Assembly (NCBI GenBank): GCA_965112735.1
Contig: OZ218953.1
Coordinates: 2,790,001-2,854,000 of the forward strand
DNA from: Phaeosaccion multiseriatum
Lineage: Eukaryota > Protista > Ochrophyta, other classes
Direction of reading: 5' to 3'
Length of the DNA stretch: 64,000 nt
The translations under genes and the position numbers were made by a program. Numbering within the stretch: the stretch's first letter is position 1; the number at the start of each line of letters is the position of its first letter. The notes beneath the pieces are model-generated. The model saw only the letters and a program-made list of their open reading frames with translations. It made no database searches and was not told where the DNA came from. Below, piece after piece: positions 19,503-30,068 of this stretch.

Positions 19503-22500
19503 ATGCTCGGGGGAAGTAGAGCAAAGGCAGCTACAGCGGTAGGAGAGAGGAGTGGTCACTTAAAATTCTATGTGTCGTCTACCAAGAGCCGAAAGCGGCC
19601 GTACAGCAGCGCAGGCCAAAGGTGGGGCTTTGGACGTGGTTTGTCCCCACGCTTGCTCTCGTCAAGGGGACTATCCCTTTGCCTGGTGCTTGGTTGGCAC
19701 CTCGCGACCTCCTCGTCCCTGAGGTATGAAGAGGACGCGGGTTTGTGGAGGAGGGCACACGTTTGCAGGGCAGTGGCACCTCACCACTGTGGAACACATT
19801 CTTTCTCCTCACACGTACAGCATGACCCCGACACCGAGTTCCCGATCCAGCTCTTCAACAGCGGCGATGCCGTCATCATCATCATCAGTCCCAGTCTCAA
19901 CTGCCTCGCCATCAGCATCAAGGACTGAGGCTTTTCCTCGTGGAGAGGGGCCACTGTCCAGCGTAGAAAACAATCTGCGCTTCCACCCGCCAACCTTACC
20001 CGGAGACGAGGCTGGTGATGAAGAAAGTGCACCAACGTTCAAGGAGGTAAACACCAGGCACGGTGACACGTATAGACGTGTGCTTCCGCTAGCTTGTACA
20101 CCATTGAGACTTCTGTCAACCCCATGACTTGTGTCCCTCTGTCTCCATGACCACTGCTGCACCGAAGGCCCTTGCTGCAACTGTTGAGGGGACCCCGGCT
20201 TTTACTCTCCTAGCGTACAGAATGTCAATTCAGTACCTAGCTACCTGCCTACCTTCCTACGTACCTAGCCACCTGCCTACCTAGCTGTCCCTTCACAAGT
20301 CCTGACGCTCCTTTGCCTTTGCCCGCTCTTGCGCTTCGTCCACAGCTGTCCTCCAAGCTGGGACTGAGGCACTATACGGCGGAGGGGCAGGAGGGAGGCA
20401 GCAGTGTCTGTACCAGTGAGGGAGGCGACCCACTGCCCTCCTCTTCGGCCCCCCTCATCTTCCTGGTGCGCCACGGCCAAACCGCCTTGAACAAGGAGGG
20501 CAGGTACGTCAGTCAGTGCGACGCGTGCATAAGCAGATAGAAATGGACAATAGTAATCGTCAAACCTGCGTCTCTGCCTCTGTCTGCCATCTGTTGCCAT
20601 CCTGTGGCCTCAGGATCCAGGGTCGAGGCCTCAACCCCATGCTCAACGCTCAGGGGCGCTCGCAGGGGCTGGCGCTGGGAGAGTTTCTCAAATCGGTACG
20701 GGCTTCCATCGGATCTTCCTCTCACCTCGCGCTTGCAAGCCCTTTCCACCTCGCCTCACCCCTTTCGATCCAAAGCCCCCTCTCAACCCCTACCCAAGCG
20801 TACCCTCACACCTCATATACCCCAAGCCCCCCTCTTACTCTCTCTTTCGCCTCTCTATCCTTCACAACCCATGCCCTCTCTTCCTTAGCCTCGTCCCTCC
20901 TGTCTGCAGTTACCTCCTCACTCTCCCCAAGCTGCATCGTCTCACTGTGGTAAGCCTCATCCCCATCCCCACCCCCCCAACCCCGCCCTCCACTCCACCC
21001 CACGCCAATCAATCAGGTGAAGTTCGACTCTGTGACGAGCAGCTCGCTGCATAGAGCCCACGAGACGGCTCAGCTCATTGTGTCTAGGAGCCTCACTTCG
21101 TCCGATATGCACGTCGAGCAGGACGCAGGTGAGAGGAGGGAGAGGAAGCAGCAGGGGAAACAGGCGCAGCAGGGGTAGCCTCTCAACTGCTGACTGTTGG
21201 CTCTCTTGGCCTCGGCCGGCAAGTCCCTCGGGCAGGTCAATCGGTACATATTTTGTGGGGTTTGTGGCCCCTGCTTTGCGTGCTTTGCAGTGCCTTGGTG
21301 GCTTAGACTCCTCGCTCCAACTCGTCCTTCCTTTCTTCCTTCCTTTCTTCCTTCCTTCCTTCCTTCCTTCCTTCCTTCCTTCCTTCTTTCCTTCCTTCCT
21401 TCCTTCCTTCCTTCCTTCCTTCCTTCCTTCCTTCCTTCCCTCCCCCAGGGCTGGATGAGCTTTCGTGGGGTGTGATGGAGGGACAGCTGAAGGACTGCGA
21501 GCCAGGCCTATCCCTGCTCCAGGGGGTGCTGGAGGAGTGGAAGGAAGGGAATGTGGACAAAGCAATCGAGAAAGGCGAGAGTCCTGTGGAGGTGAGGAGG
21601 GAGGATGAGATTACGCGAGAATGATGTAGTACGATGTGTATCACGTTGTCTCTCCGTCTTGTGGGTGGGCGGTTCAACTCTGCTAACCGACAGCACACAC
21701 ACACACACGCACACACACACACACACACACATGCATACACACACACACCTTCACACCCATGCCGCTCCCGTGTGGCTCTCTCCCTCCCTCCGGTCTTTCC
21801 TTGCCTGGCCGGTGCTTGGGCGCAGGTGTTGGCGAGGGGTCAAGAGGCGCTCCGTAGGATCGTCGCCAGGGGGCATCGCACCAACTTGGTTGTGTCTCAC
21901 GGCCGCACCATCCGAGTCCTCCTGGCCGGCCTGCCGGGGCGTCATCTCGTTGGTGCGTTTGTCTCCGTCCCCATCCCCATCCCTAAGAAAAGCATGTGTA
22001 TGCACACCGCACCCGCCCCCCTCCTCACTACCCCACTACACTACACAACCCTACCTTACCCTACCCTACCCTACCCTACCCTACCCTACCCTACCCTACA
22101 CTACACAACCCTACCTTACCCTACCCTACACTACACAACCCTACCTTACCCTACCCTACCCTACCCTACCCTACCCTACCCTACCCTCCCCCACCCTACC
22201 CTACCCTACACTACACAACCCTACCTTACCCTACCCTACCCTACCCTACCCTACACTACACAACCCTACCTTACCCTACCCTACCCTACCCTACCCTACC
22301 CTACACTACACAACGCCACCTTACCCTACCCTACCCTACCCTACCCTACCCTACCCTACCCTCCCCCACCCTGCCCTTACCCTAACCCCACCTTACCCAA
22401 CCCCACTCTATCCTACCAATGGCAGTCATGAAGCATCTGGGAGCGGTGCCGAACTGCGGCCTTTATGTGCTGCAGTGGAACGAGGAGAAGCAAATCTTCG

Positions 22501-22544
22501 ACCTCCTGCGCCCTCCGGGAGACGTGATCGACGACTTGGAGTGA
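19503..22544 (+). CDS. Histidine phosphatase (phosphoglycerate mutase-like) family protein
   Basis: IFLVRHGQTALN..|IQG..LNAQGRSQ, SSSLHRAHETA, GLDELSWGVMEG, GESP, VVSHGRTIR, VPNCG. N-terminal exons 19503-19723 and 19821-20046 splice in frame. Confidence 0.88.
22045..22400. repeat. (CCCTA)n pentanucleotide satellite with interspersed ACACTACACAA units
   Basis: Read directly from the last intron of the histidine phosphatase gene. Confidence 0.9.
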
Positions 22545-22825
22545 AGTGGAAAGAACGTCCGAACGAACGAACCGGCTGGTTGGTTCGCTGATCTAGAGCC
22601 TTTGGCCGTTCTTCTCCTAGCTGAGACTCGCATTCACAGTTTTTTTTTGAGGATGTTCAGGATATACTCAGGGATTATAGCGTCAGTGAACGGTCGCTTT
22701 AGCGTCAGTGAACCGTCGCTGTCTGCTGTGACTCCGATGCTTGTCTCGTCTTACTCTAGTCTAGATAGAGAGAAGGGGACACGAAGTTGGTGTAGAGGAT
22801 AATGAGTGGGTGACTTTGATACGGT

Positions 22826-23096
22826 CGGCGGCGCTCCAAGGCATGCACTCAGCGGCTCTACAACAACGGGTGTGGGAGGAGAAGGAGACGATTCGCCAGT
22901 TCGCAGATGACTTACTCAACCACTTTCGCGAGTCCCACCACCTGAATTACTCACTCCCCAGGAGCAACAACACGATTCAGGTGGTGGGACTCGCGAAAGT
23001 GGTTGAGTAAGTCATCTGCGAACTGGCGAATCGTCTCCTTCTCCTCCCACACCCGTTGTTGTAGAGCCGCTGAGTGCATGCCTTGGAGCGCCGCCG
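22826..23096. repeat. Perfect inverted repeat, 122-bp arms with 27-nt loop
   Basis: 22826-22947 is the reverse complement of 22975-23096. Pairing extends with gaps to 22797/23155. The same peptide AALQGMHSAALQQRVWEEKETIRQFADDLLNHFRESHHLN appears on both strands. Confidence 0.95.
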
Positions 23097-23320
23097 CCGG
23101 AAACCGTATCAAGAAATCGTTGATCATACGCCCCAAAGTCACCCACTCATTATCCCCGCTGGTCTTCTCTATCTCCAGTTGCACCCACCCCCGAGCATCG
23201 TGGCCCACCATCAAGTATTGGAACAGTGCCTGGACGCTGTAGGGGTTGGGAAACCCCGTCGCCTGGAGCTGCTTCCGAGTGATATTATTTCATCGCCTGA
23301 TGAGTGTTTCCGTCTTGAGA
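22951..23320 (-). pseudogene. Unidentified coding-like fragment with an in-frame stop
   Basis: Non-repetitive protein-like frame LKTETLIRR*NNITRKQLQATGFPNPYSVQALFQYLMVGHDARGWVQLEIEKTSGDNEWVTLGRMINDFLIRFP...; no family recognised. Confidence 0.35.
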
Positions 23321-23745
23321 TGTACGGAAGGCTCACTACTCCCAATCATTCATAGAAGAAGAAGAAGAAGGAGGATGGAGGAGAGCAAGAGCAGACACGG
23401 GTCCGACGAACAGGTGTCGGAGAGGAGCTTCGTTCATATATGGCTCCTGTTTGTCCCCACACTTTGAACTTCTTGGAGAGAGAGGGAGTCCGACACGTGG
23501 ACAAACCCCGCTCTTGCGTACGCCAAGCAGCCCCCCCCCTTGCTTGGGTGTCCGGCAGTGCTTGTTGGGGGGGCGTCTGACAAGCTGACGAGATGGCGAC
23601 GAGTATTGTGCTTACAACAATACGTGCACCACGCACCCACCCACCCTCGAGTGTGTAGAAACACCACACCCACTACAAAATACGTGACCTGTGATCCGTT
23701 GACCTATGCCGCTGACCTCTCTTTCATTTGTTAAATTCAATACAG

Positions 23746-26010
23746 TCAAAAGTATATTGCGCCCGCCGTTCGGCGAGCCATCCAAACGCCAAACTCGTCT
23801 CGATTGTAATTGCACACCGCCCGGGCATGGGTCTTGAAGCAGGGCACCACCCCATAAGCCCTCAGCAGCCTCAGGCGGGGCAGGATGGTCCTCTTGACGC
23901 TGTTACCCTTGAGCAGTCCCGGCAGGCCGAGCCCCACCTCTCTGTGTGTTGCGCCCTCCATCTCGCGCGTAAGCAAGCGCCCCAAGGCCTGCAGTTTGGA
24001 CAGGCCCGTACTGGCGATCTTCCTTGCTGCGGGCGGGTGCTGCAGAAGCGCGCCCCACTCCTCCGCAGAAAGCCCCATCTCTCCCTGGAACCACTCTCTC
24101 TTGGCCTCCAGCGCAGCCTCAGGGCTCTTCTTCCGCTGCGTCTCGCACCACGCCGCAAAGGCCGCCTTGGAGTATTTGAACACGGGTGTGGCGTGCCTGT
24201 CAAAGTCCGGCTGGACGCACCACGCGCTATCCCGTAACAGCGCAAGGCGGGGGCGGAGGGTCTTCTCTACGCTGTACTGCACGAGGCGAGGAAGGGACAG
24301 CCCCACCTTCTTCGGTGTCGCACCCTCCATCTCGTTCAATATCAGATCAGCGGTGGTCTGGAGGGAGCGTAGGCTGGCGGTCTCGAGCCGATACGCCCAG
24401 TAGCCGCGGTGATTGACCATCCCTTCCCACTCGTCCCTTGACAGGCCGAATTCTGCCATGAACCATTCTCTCTTCTCCTCCAGAGTGGCTCTTCTCTGAA
24501 CCCTTATGGGGGGCTCTCCCAGAGACGCTAGCCACGTGGTAAAGTGCGCTCTTCCAAAGGTGCACACGGGCTTTGCATACTCGGCAAAGTCCGGGCGGGC
24601 CACGCCATAGGCCCGGAGAACCCCCAGTCGGGGTCGGATAGACTTGTCTACACTGCCATGCAGCAACCGGGGCAACGCCAACCCCACCGTCCTCGGAGTG
24701 GCCCCCTCCATACTCTCCATCAGCACGGAGGCCACCGCCCGGATCTTGGGCAGAGTCGTCTTGTGCAGCGCCGCCGCACTGGCCCGGTGGTGGCAGTGCT
24801 CATCCCAATCCCGGTCGTCCAAGCCAAGCTCCTCCGTGAAAAACACCTTCTTCTCACGCAGCACGGCCTCCGGGCTCCTCCCCTCCTTGTGCCTCTCTCG
24901 CCAGGCGGCGAACTGTGCGCTGGTGTGCCGGCACACGACACGGGCATGCTCCCTGAAATTCAGTTTCACCCCCTGGCGCCTCAATAGCTCCATTCGAGGC
25001 TTGACGGTGGCCCGCAAGCTCGAGCGGGCCAATCGAGGGAGCAGCAGCCCCACCTCCCGGGGCGTTGCTCCCTCAAACTCCGAGAGAAGCAGCTTGCTCA
25101 GAGCTTGCATCTTGTCCACGCTCAGCCGCCTCAGGACCTCCCCGTGCTGTCTGTGCCCCGAGAGAGCCTCCCACTCTGCCTCTGTCAGGCCCAGCTTGTG
25201 CGTGAACCACTCGTGTTTCTCTGCCCCCGCCCGGTCTTTGCGCTGCTCCAGACACCAGGCTCGGAAATCTCTCTCCGAGGAGGTGCACAGCACGTGTGCG
25301 TGGTCGGGAAACTGTGGTGTGACGAGGACCAGCTCGCGCAGCAGCTTACAGCGGCGCGTGAGGGTCTTGTCGATGCTGAAGCGCGACTCCAGCAAGCTCG
25401 GCAACGCCAGCCCCACCTCCCTCGGCGTGGCACCGTCCATCTCCCTCTCCAGAAACGAGGCCATCTGCTGCATCTTGTGCAGCCTGGCTCTCCGCAAAGC
25501 CCCCCCGCTTGGCTCCTGGTGTCCCTCCGTTCCGCCGTCGTCATCGCCCAGCATTAACAAACCCTCCCACTCCTCCTGCGTCAGCCCAAGGTCTCGCATG
25601 AACCACTCGCGCTTCTTCTCCATGCTGCCTTTCCGCTTGGCACCGCTATTGACTCTCTTCTGGCCCTTGCTGGCAGATGGCCCTTGCCGTCGAGCACCAC
25701 CCCCAGTACTTGCAGCAGCAGGAACAGTAGCAGCAGAGCTGGGACTTTCCGCGGATATTGGACTACCGGCCCACAAGCAACTGCTGCTTCGACTAACGCT
25801 CGTGCCACCCATGCTGTCCCTCCCACGCTTTCGGCGCGCCCTATTACCACCATCTGGGGTGATACTGCGGTCTTCATCCCTACCAGATCGAGGGCCGACA
25901 GCTGTAGCCCGTGGGGCAACGGTAAAGCTCACAGAGTCCCAATTAAAGCAAAATAAAACCGGGGGGAGGAGGAAGGAGAGTCCTACCAATGAAGACGCAG
26001 GAGCCCGCAT
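23746..26010 (-). CDS. Intronless protein with 5 tandem ~120-130-aa modules (mTERF-like), probably plastid-targeted
   Basis: Uninterrupted ORF (open to 26382). Likely start M125 at 26010 (MRAPASSLVGLSFLLPPVLFCFNWDSVSF). Five copies of KxxWFxxxLGLxxxEW...EGATPREVGLxLPxL..S...PRLxLLR..F..HA..VC......F..W. Confidence 0.85.
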   Translation of the reverse strand: MRAPASSLVGLSFLLPPVLFCFNWDSVSFTVAPRATAVGPRSGRDEDRSITPDGGNRARRKRGRDSMGGTSVSRSSSCLWAGSPISAESPSSAATVPAAASTGGGARRQGPSASKGQKRVNSGAKRKGSMEKKREWFMRDLGLTQEEWEGLLMLGDDDGGTEGHQEPSGGALRRARLHKMQQMASFLEREMDGATPREVGLALPSLLESRFSIDKTLTRRCKLLRELVLVTPQFPDHAHVLCTSSERDFRAWCLEQRKDRAGAEKHEWFTHKLGLTEAEWEALSGHRQHGEVLRRLSVDKMQALSKLLLSEFEGATPREVGLLLPRLARSSLRATVKPRMELLRRQGVKLNFREHARVVCRHTSAQFAAWRERHKEGRSPEAVLREKKVFFTEELGLDDRDWDEHCHHRASAAALHKTTLPKIRAVASVLMESMEGATPRTVGLALPRLLHGSVDKSIRPRLGVLRAYGVARPDFAEYAKPVCTFGRAHFTTWLASLGEPPIRVQRRATLEEKREWFMAEFGLSRDEWEGMVNHRGYWAYRLETASLRSLQTTADLILNEMEGATPKKVGLSLPRLVQYSVEKTLRPRLALLRDSAWCVQPDFDRHATPVFKYSKAAFAAWCETQRKKSPEAALEAKREWFQGEMGLSAEEWGALLQHPPAARKIASTGLSKLQALGRLLTREMEGATHREVGLGLPGLLKGNSVKRTILPRLRLLRAYGVVPCFKTHARAVCNYNRDEFGVWMARRTAGAIYF

Positions 26011-26248
26011 CTTTCCCTCCCCCTTCCCAGCACTACTCCCACCTGCGTCCAAGTAAGAAAGTAAAGAGGATGATGAGGTGGGAGGGTTTGGTGAGGTCAG
26101 CTGGGAGGGAGAGAAGCGGGAGAGAGGGGAGGAAAGGAAAGGAAGCGGATTTGAAGGGGGATCAACGGGGGGGGGGGGGGATAGGCCTAAAAGTAAAAGC
26201 GCGCCAAGGCAAAAGGAACAAAACAGAACTCTCTCCACCCTTCCTATC

Positions 26249-28228
26249 ATGTCCTCAGGTCCTTCGACCTGTGTGCTTCTGGCATGGTGTTTGTACTGGT
26301 GCGCCTTGCCTACTGCGCTGGGCTTCTGCAGTCCTCTGAGCAGCAATGGACTGGTATCCTCCAGCCGCCGCTCCACAGCCATGTGAGAATCATGTAGTGG
26401 CTCCCTTTAAAAGCACGCAACAGGAGAAATTTCTGTGTGCATGTTCCACAGTCATGGTAGTGATTCGCTATCTACGTGCCTCCCTTACAGCAGCAGATGT
26501 GATGGCTGCCTCTTCTGACTTCTGAAAACCCTCGCCCCCCTCCCTCCCTCCACCCTATTACCATCAGGCACGCAGAAGGAGCGCTGCGCACCAACCCCTT
26601 GGGGAGCAGCGATATCGTGGTCCCGGAGGTATGCCTGGGGACCATGACCTGGGGACAGCAGAACTCAGAGGAAGAGGTGAGGCAAAGGTGGACGTTGCTT
26701 GTTCTTTGAGCAGTGAATGCCCCAGGCCGCTCCTTCTCCTCATCCCTCCCCTCCCTCCCTCCCTCCCTTGCATGGCCCCTCTCGGGACTACGGACTCTCT
26801 CCAATCCCACAGGCGGTGGAGCAACTGGATTACGCCATGGAGAGGGGCCTCAACTTTTTTGACACCGCAGAGATTTATCCGGGTAAGTGTCCAATGTGTG
26901 TGAGAGGGAGCCTCACCGCCTTGACCCACTCTGACTTTCCTTCCCCCTGTCCTTTCGTACATTGCGCGTAGTGCCACCGCGGAAAGAAACCCAGGGACAT
27001 ACGGAAGACTTCATGGGGCGATGGTTAGCAAAGCAGGCAAGTGCGAGCAGCAGCATCAACCGAAACCAGCTCACGTTTTCGCCCTAATCGTCGTGTGCAA
27101 CTTAAACACACCTTGCCTCTCTCGATCCCGAACCCCGCTGCTCCACCCCAACAGGATAGGTCCAAGGTGACAATAGCGTCGAAGGTAACGGGCTACATTG
27201 GAATGCCCTCCTTCAACTACTGCTACGAGCGCCGCCCCGGCTTCGACCCCGCCAAGCCGCCTGAGGTGGAGATGTCCGATCGAAAGTCCTTTCTGAACGC
27301 GTGCGAAGGGAGTCTGCAGCGGCTCCAGACGGACTACATTGACCTCTATCAGATTCATTGGCCTGCTCGGTACTCCGCCCTCTTCGACCAGGTGCGTGCC
27401 TGTCTTGCGAGTACCGGAGCAGCACCAACCAAACGCGACGCTCCGCTCATTCCTTGTCACTCACTCACTTCCTCTCATTCCCTTCCTTCCCTCTCACTCC
27501 ATCTCCCTCTCTTCTTCTTCTTCTTCTTGCAGCCCTCTTACGATTACGACAAGGAGCGGGAGGGCATGACTTCCTTCGACGAGCAGGTGGCTGCCATGGG
27601 AGAGCTTCATGCGCAGGGCAAGATCAAGGCATGGGGCGTGTCTAACGAGAACGCCTACGGGGTGGCCATGATGTCGGAGGCAGCCAAGCGGCTCGGTGTG
27701 CCGCCCCCCGTGTCCATCCAGAACGACTACAGCCTCGTGCAGCGCCAGTTCGAGGACACGGGCACCGCAGAGGCCTGCTCCGCGCTTCACTGCAACCTCG
27801 GCCTCCTCGCGTACGGGGCGATGGCAGGGGGCTTCTTGAGCGGCAAGTACCTCCCTTCCTCTGGAAAGAAGGTCGGCGAAGGGAAGAGAGGGCGCCACGA
27901 TCTGTACCCCCAATTCCAGCCTCGCTACTACAACGAAGCGTCCACGGAAGCCTGCATCCAGTACGCAGAGCTAGCGGCGGAGCTGGGCATTAGCACGGCG
28001 CAGCTTGCCTTGGCGTGGACGGGGGCGACCAATCCCTTCGTGGCGTCCACCATCATCGGCGCCACCTCCATAGAGCAGCTCAAGGAGAACATTGACGCCT
28101 TTTCCGTCAAGCTGGAGCCGGAGGTGCTGCAGAAGATCGATGCCATCCACGCGCAGAACAGGCGGCCTTGCCAGACCACCCCCAAGGGCCGGGCTGTATC
28201 TAAACCAATCGCCTTCGGCACCGATTAA
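26249..28228 (+). CDS. Aldo-keto reductase, Tas-like, probably plastid-targeted
   Basis: LGSSDIVVPEVCLGTMTWG, GLNFFDTAEIYP|VPP, TIASKV, SLQRLQTDYIDLYQIHWP, GKIKAWGVSNE, SIQNDYSL, GFLSGKY, STIIGATSIEQLKENI. N-terminal signal-like peptide ending TALGF. Confidence 0.93.
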
Positions 28229-28448
28229 ATTTTAAAAATTTCCTTTCATTGTGTTGTTTGCTCTTCTTGGGACCTACTTACTCAGAGTATGTACAACGCT
28301 TCAGACAAAGCCACACGAAGAGGAGGAGCGCGTGACGCATGTATCGATTTTTCATGATTGGAAACTCAAACGCAAACCTCCTCGCCTGCTCCTTGTCGAT
28401 CATCATCATTGGGGATCGGTTGTTTCTCGCCTACTGCCGCAGCAGCAG

Positions 28449-29867
28449 CTACTGCCGCAGCAGCAGGCGCTCAAGCCACTCTGAGTACCTCTTATGGGTA
28501 AACTCGCACACCGCCGGTACGTGCTCCTCCAAGCTCGGCTCAATGCCCTCCCGCCACAGACCCTGTAGCCTGGGGCGTATGGTGCCTTCCACACTCATGC
28601 CTCCTCGTATCAGCTGAGGCAGCTTCAGCCCCACCTCCCTCGCATCTGCCCCGGGCACCTCCTCGAGCAGCATCCTTACTAGGTGCTGCAGTTTGGGAAG
28701 GCTGACGGACTGGAGTCGCTTCCACCTGCTCTCGTCTCGGACCATGGCTTCCCATTCTGCCTCCGACACGCCGAGCTGCTGCACAAACCACACCCGCTTC
28801 TCCTCTACCCAGACCGACGGGCAGAAGACCAGATTCTCCACCCAGCGGTCCCAGTTCTTTTTGGAAAGAGTGCAAATGGCCGAGGCGTGCTCGGAAAAGT
28901 CTGGCGTGAAGCCATTGTCCCGGAGCTGCTGCAGCCTTGGGATGATGGTGCCATCAATGCTATAGCCCGCCACCAAGCGCGGAAGCTCCAGCCCTAATTG
29001 AGCAGTGTTGTCCACCCCGGTCATCTCCTCCATGAGGAGCTTGGCCATGGCCTGCATCTTGGGCAACTTGGTGCTCGTGATGCGTTTGCCGCTCGTCTCT
29101 TCATTGACCAGGCGCTGCCAGTCCTCCGGTGACACACCCAGCTCCTCCACAAAAAAAACTCTCTTGTGCTCCACCCGCATCTCGGGAGTGTCGAGCTGCT
29201 TCACCAGCCAGCGCACGAACGCACCATCCGTCGCCCCGCACACTGCCTTGACGTGGTCCTTAAACACGGGCTTGATACCCTTCTCCCTCAACATTTCCAG
29301 ACGCGGCAAGACGGCCCGCTTGATGCTGGCCCGGAAAAGATTGGGAATCTCCACTCCCACCGCTCTCGATGTCGCCCCCTCCATCCCCTCCATCAACACT
29401 GAGGCGAGCGCCTTCATCTTGGGCAGCTTTGCTCGTTTCAGCCTCTTCCACTTCTTCTCGTCCTTCACAAGACGGTTCCAGTCTGTCTTCGTCAAGCCCA
29501 TTTGATCCACCAACCAAGCCGCCTTCGCATCATCTTCCTTCGCCTCTTTCTCCTCGTCTGTCTCAACAACTAAAAACACACCCTTCTTTTCCTGTACCCG
29601 AAGTGGCCGCTTCCCTCCTGCAGCAGCAGTAACAATCACGCCCTCCTGCTTCTCCTCTTCCTCCTCGTCATCCCCCTTGCCTCCCGTCAAATACGCCGCT
29701 GCCCCAGCACCGCCCACCCCCAGCCGGCCAGCTTGCCTCCTGCTACTCCAGCGCATCTCCGTGCCGCGCGAGCGAAGTCCCCCCTGGAAGGCCAGGACAG
29801 GAGAGGGTGACATCTCCACCAGCCTCACCCCCAGGCTCATCATCATGACCACTCGGCTTCGCTTCAT
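28449..29867 (-). CDS. Intronless paralog with 3 tandem ~120-aa modules (mTERF-like), possibly plastid-targeted
   Basis: Uninterrupted ORF (open to 29966). Candidate start MKRSRVVMMMSLGVRLVEMSPSPVLAF. Three modules with the same consensus as 23746-26010, starting at about 29525, 29165 and 28799. Confidence 0.85.
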   Translation of the reverse strand: MKRSRVVMMMSLGVRLVEMSPSPVLAFQGGLRSRGTEMRWSSRRQAGRLGVGGAGAAAYLTGGKGDDEEEEEKQEGVIVTAAAGGKRPLRVQEKKGVFLVVETDEEKEAKEDDAKAAWLVDQMGLTKTDWNRLVKDEKKWKRLKRAKLPKMKALASVLMEGMEGATSRAVGVEIPNLFRASIKRAVLPRLEMLREKGIKPVFKDHVKAVCGATDGAFVRWLVKQLDTPEMRVEHKRVFFVEELGVSPEDWQRLVNEETSGKRITSTKLPKMQAMAKLLMEEMTGVDNTAQLGLELPRLVAGYSIDGTIIPRLQQLRDNGFTPDFSEHASAICTLSKKNWDRWVENLVFCPSVWVEEKRVWFVQQLGVSEAEWEAMVRDESRWKRLQSVSLPKLQHLVRMLLEEVPGADAREVGLKLPQLIRGGMSVEGTIRPRLQGLWREGIEPSLEEHVPAVCEFTHKRYSEWLERLLLRQ

Positions 29868-30068
29868 GCTTGCTTCGCCGTGACAAGAGGACACACATGA
29901 AGGAATGAAAGAGGAACAAACCATCTGGTGCCATCCATCCCCCTCCTTCACGTCGGCAGCTGCCATCGAGCTGCCAGAAAATCAAACGACCGAGGGAGGA
30001 CAGCAATGGAGATTGGGCAATGGAGCAGGTAGTCAGGACTGTACGATGGACGGCATAGAAGCCCACCG

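Noticed and set aside
24644-26056. 470-aa plus-strand ORF
   Set aside because: Antisense shadow of the repeat gene caused by GC-rich codon usage; no independent motifs.
26011-26382. First 124 codons of the 878-aa ORF as real coding sequence
   Set aside because: Overlaps AKR exon 1 antisense and contains low-complexity intron/UTR-like sequence; M125 gives a better presequence. Not excluded without cDNA.
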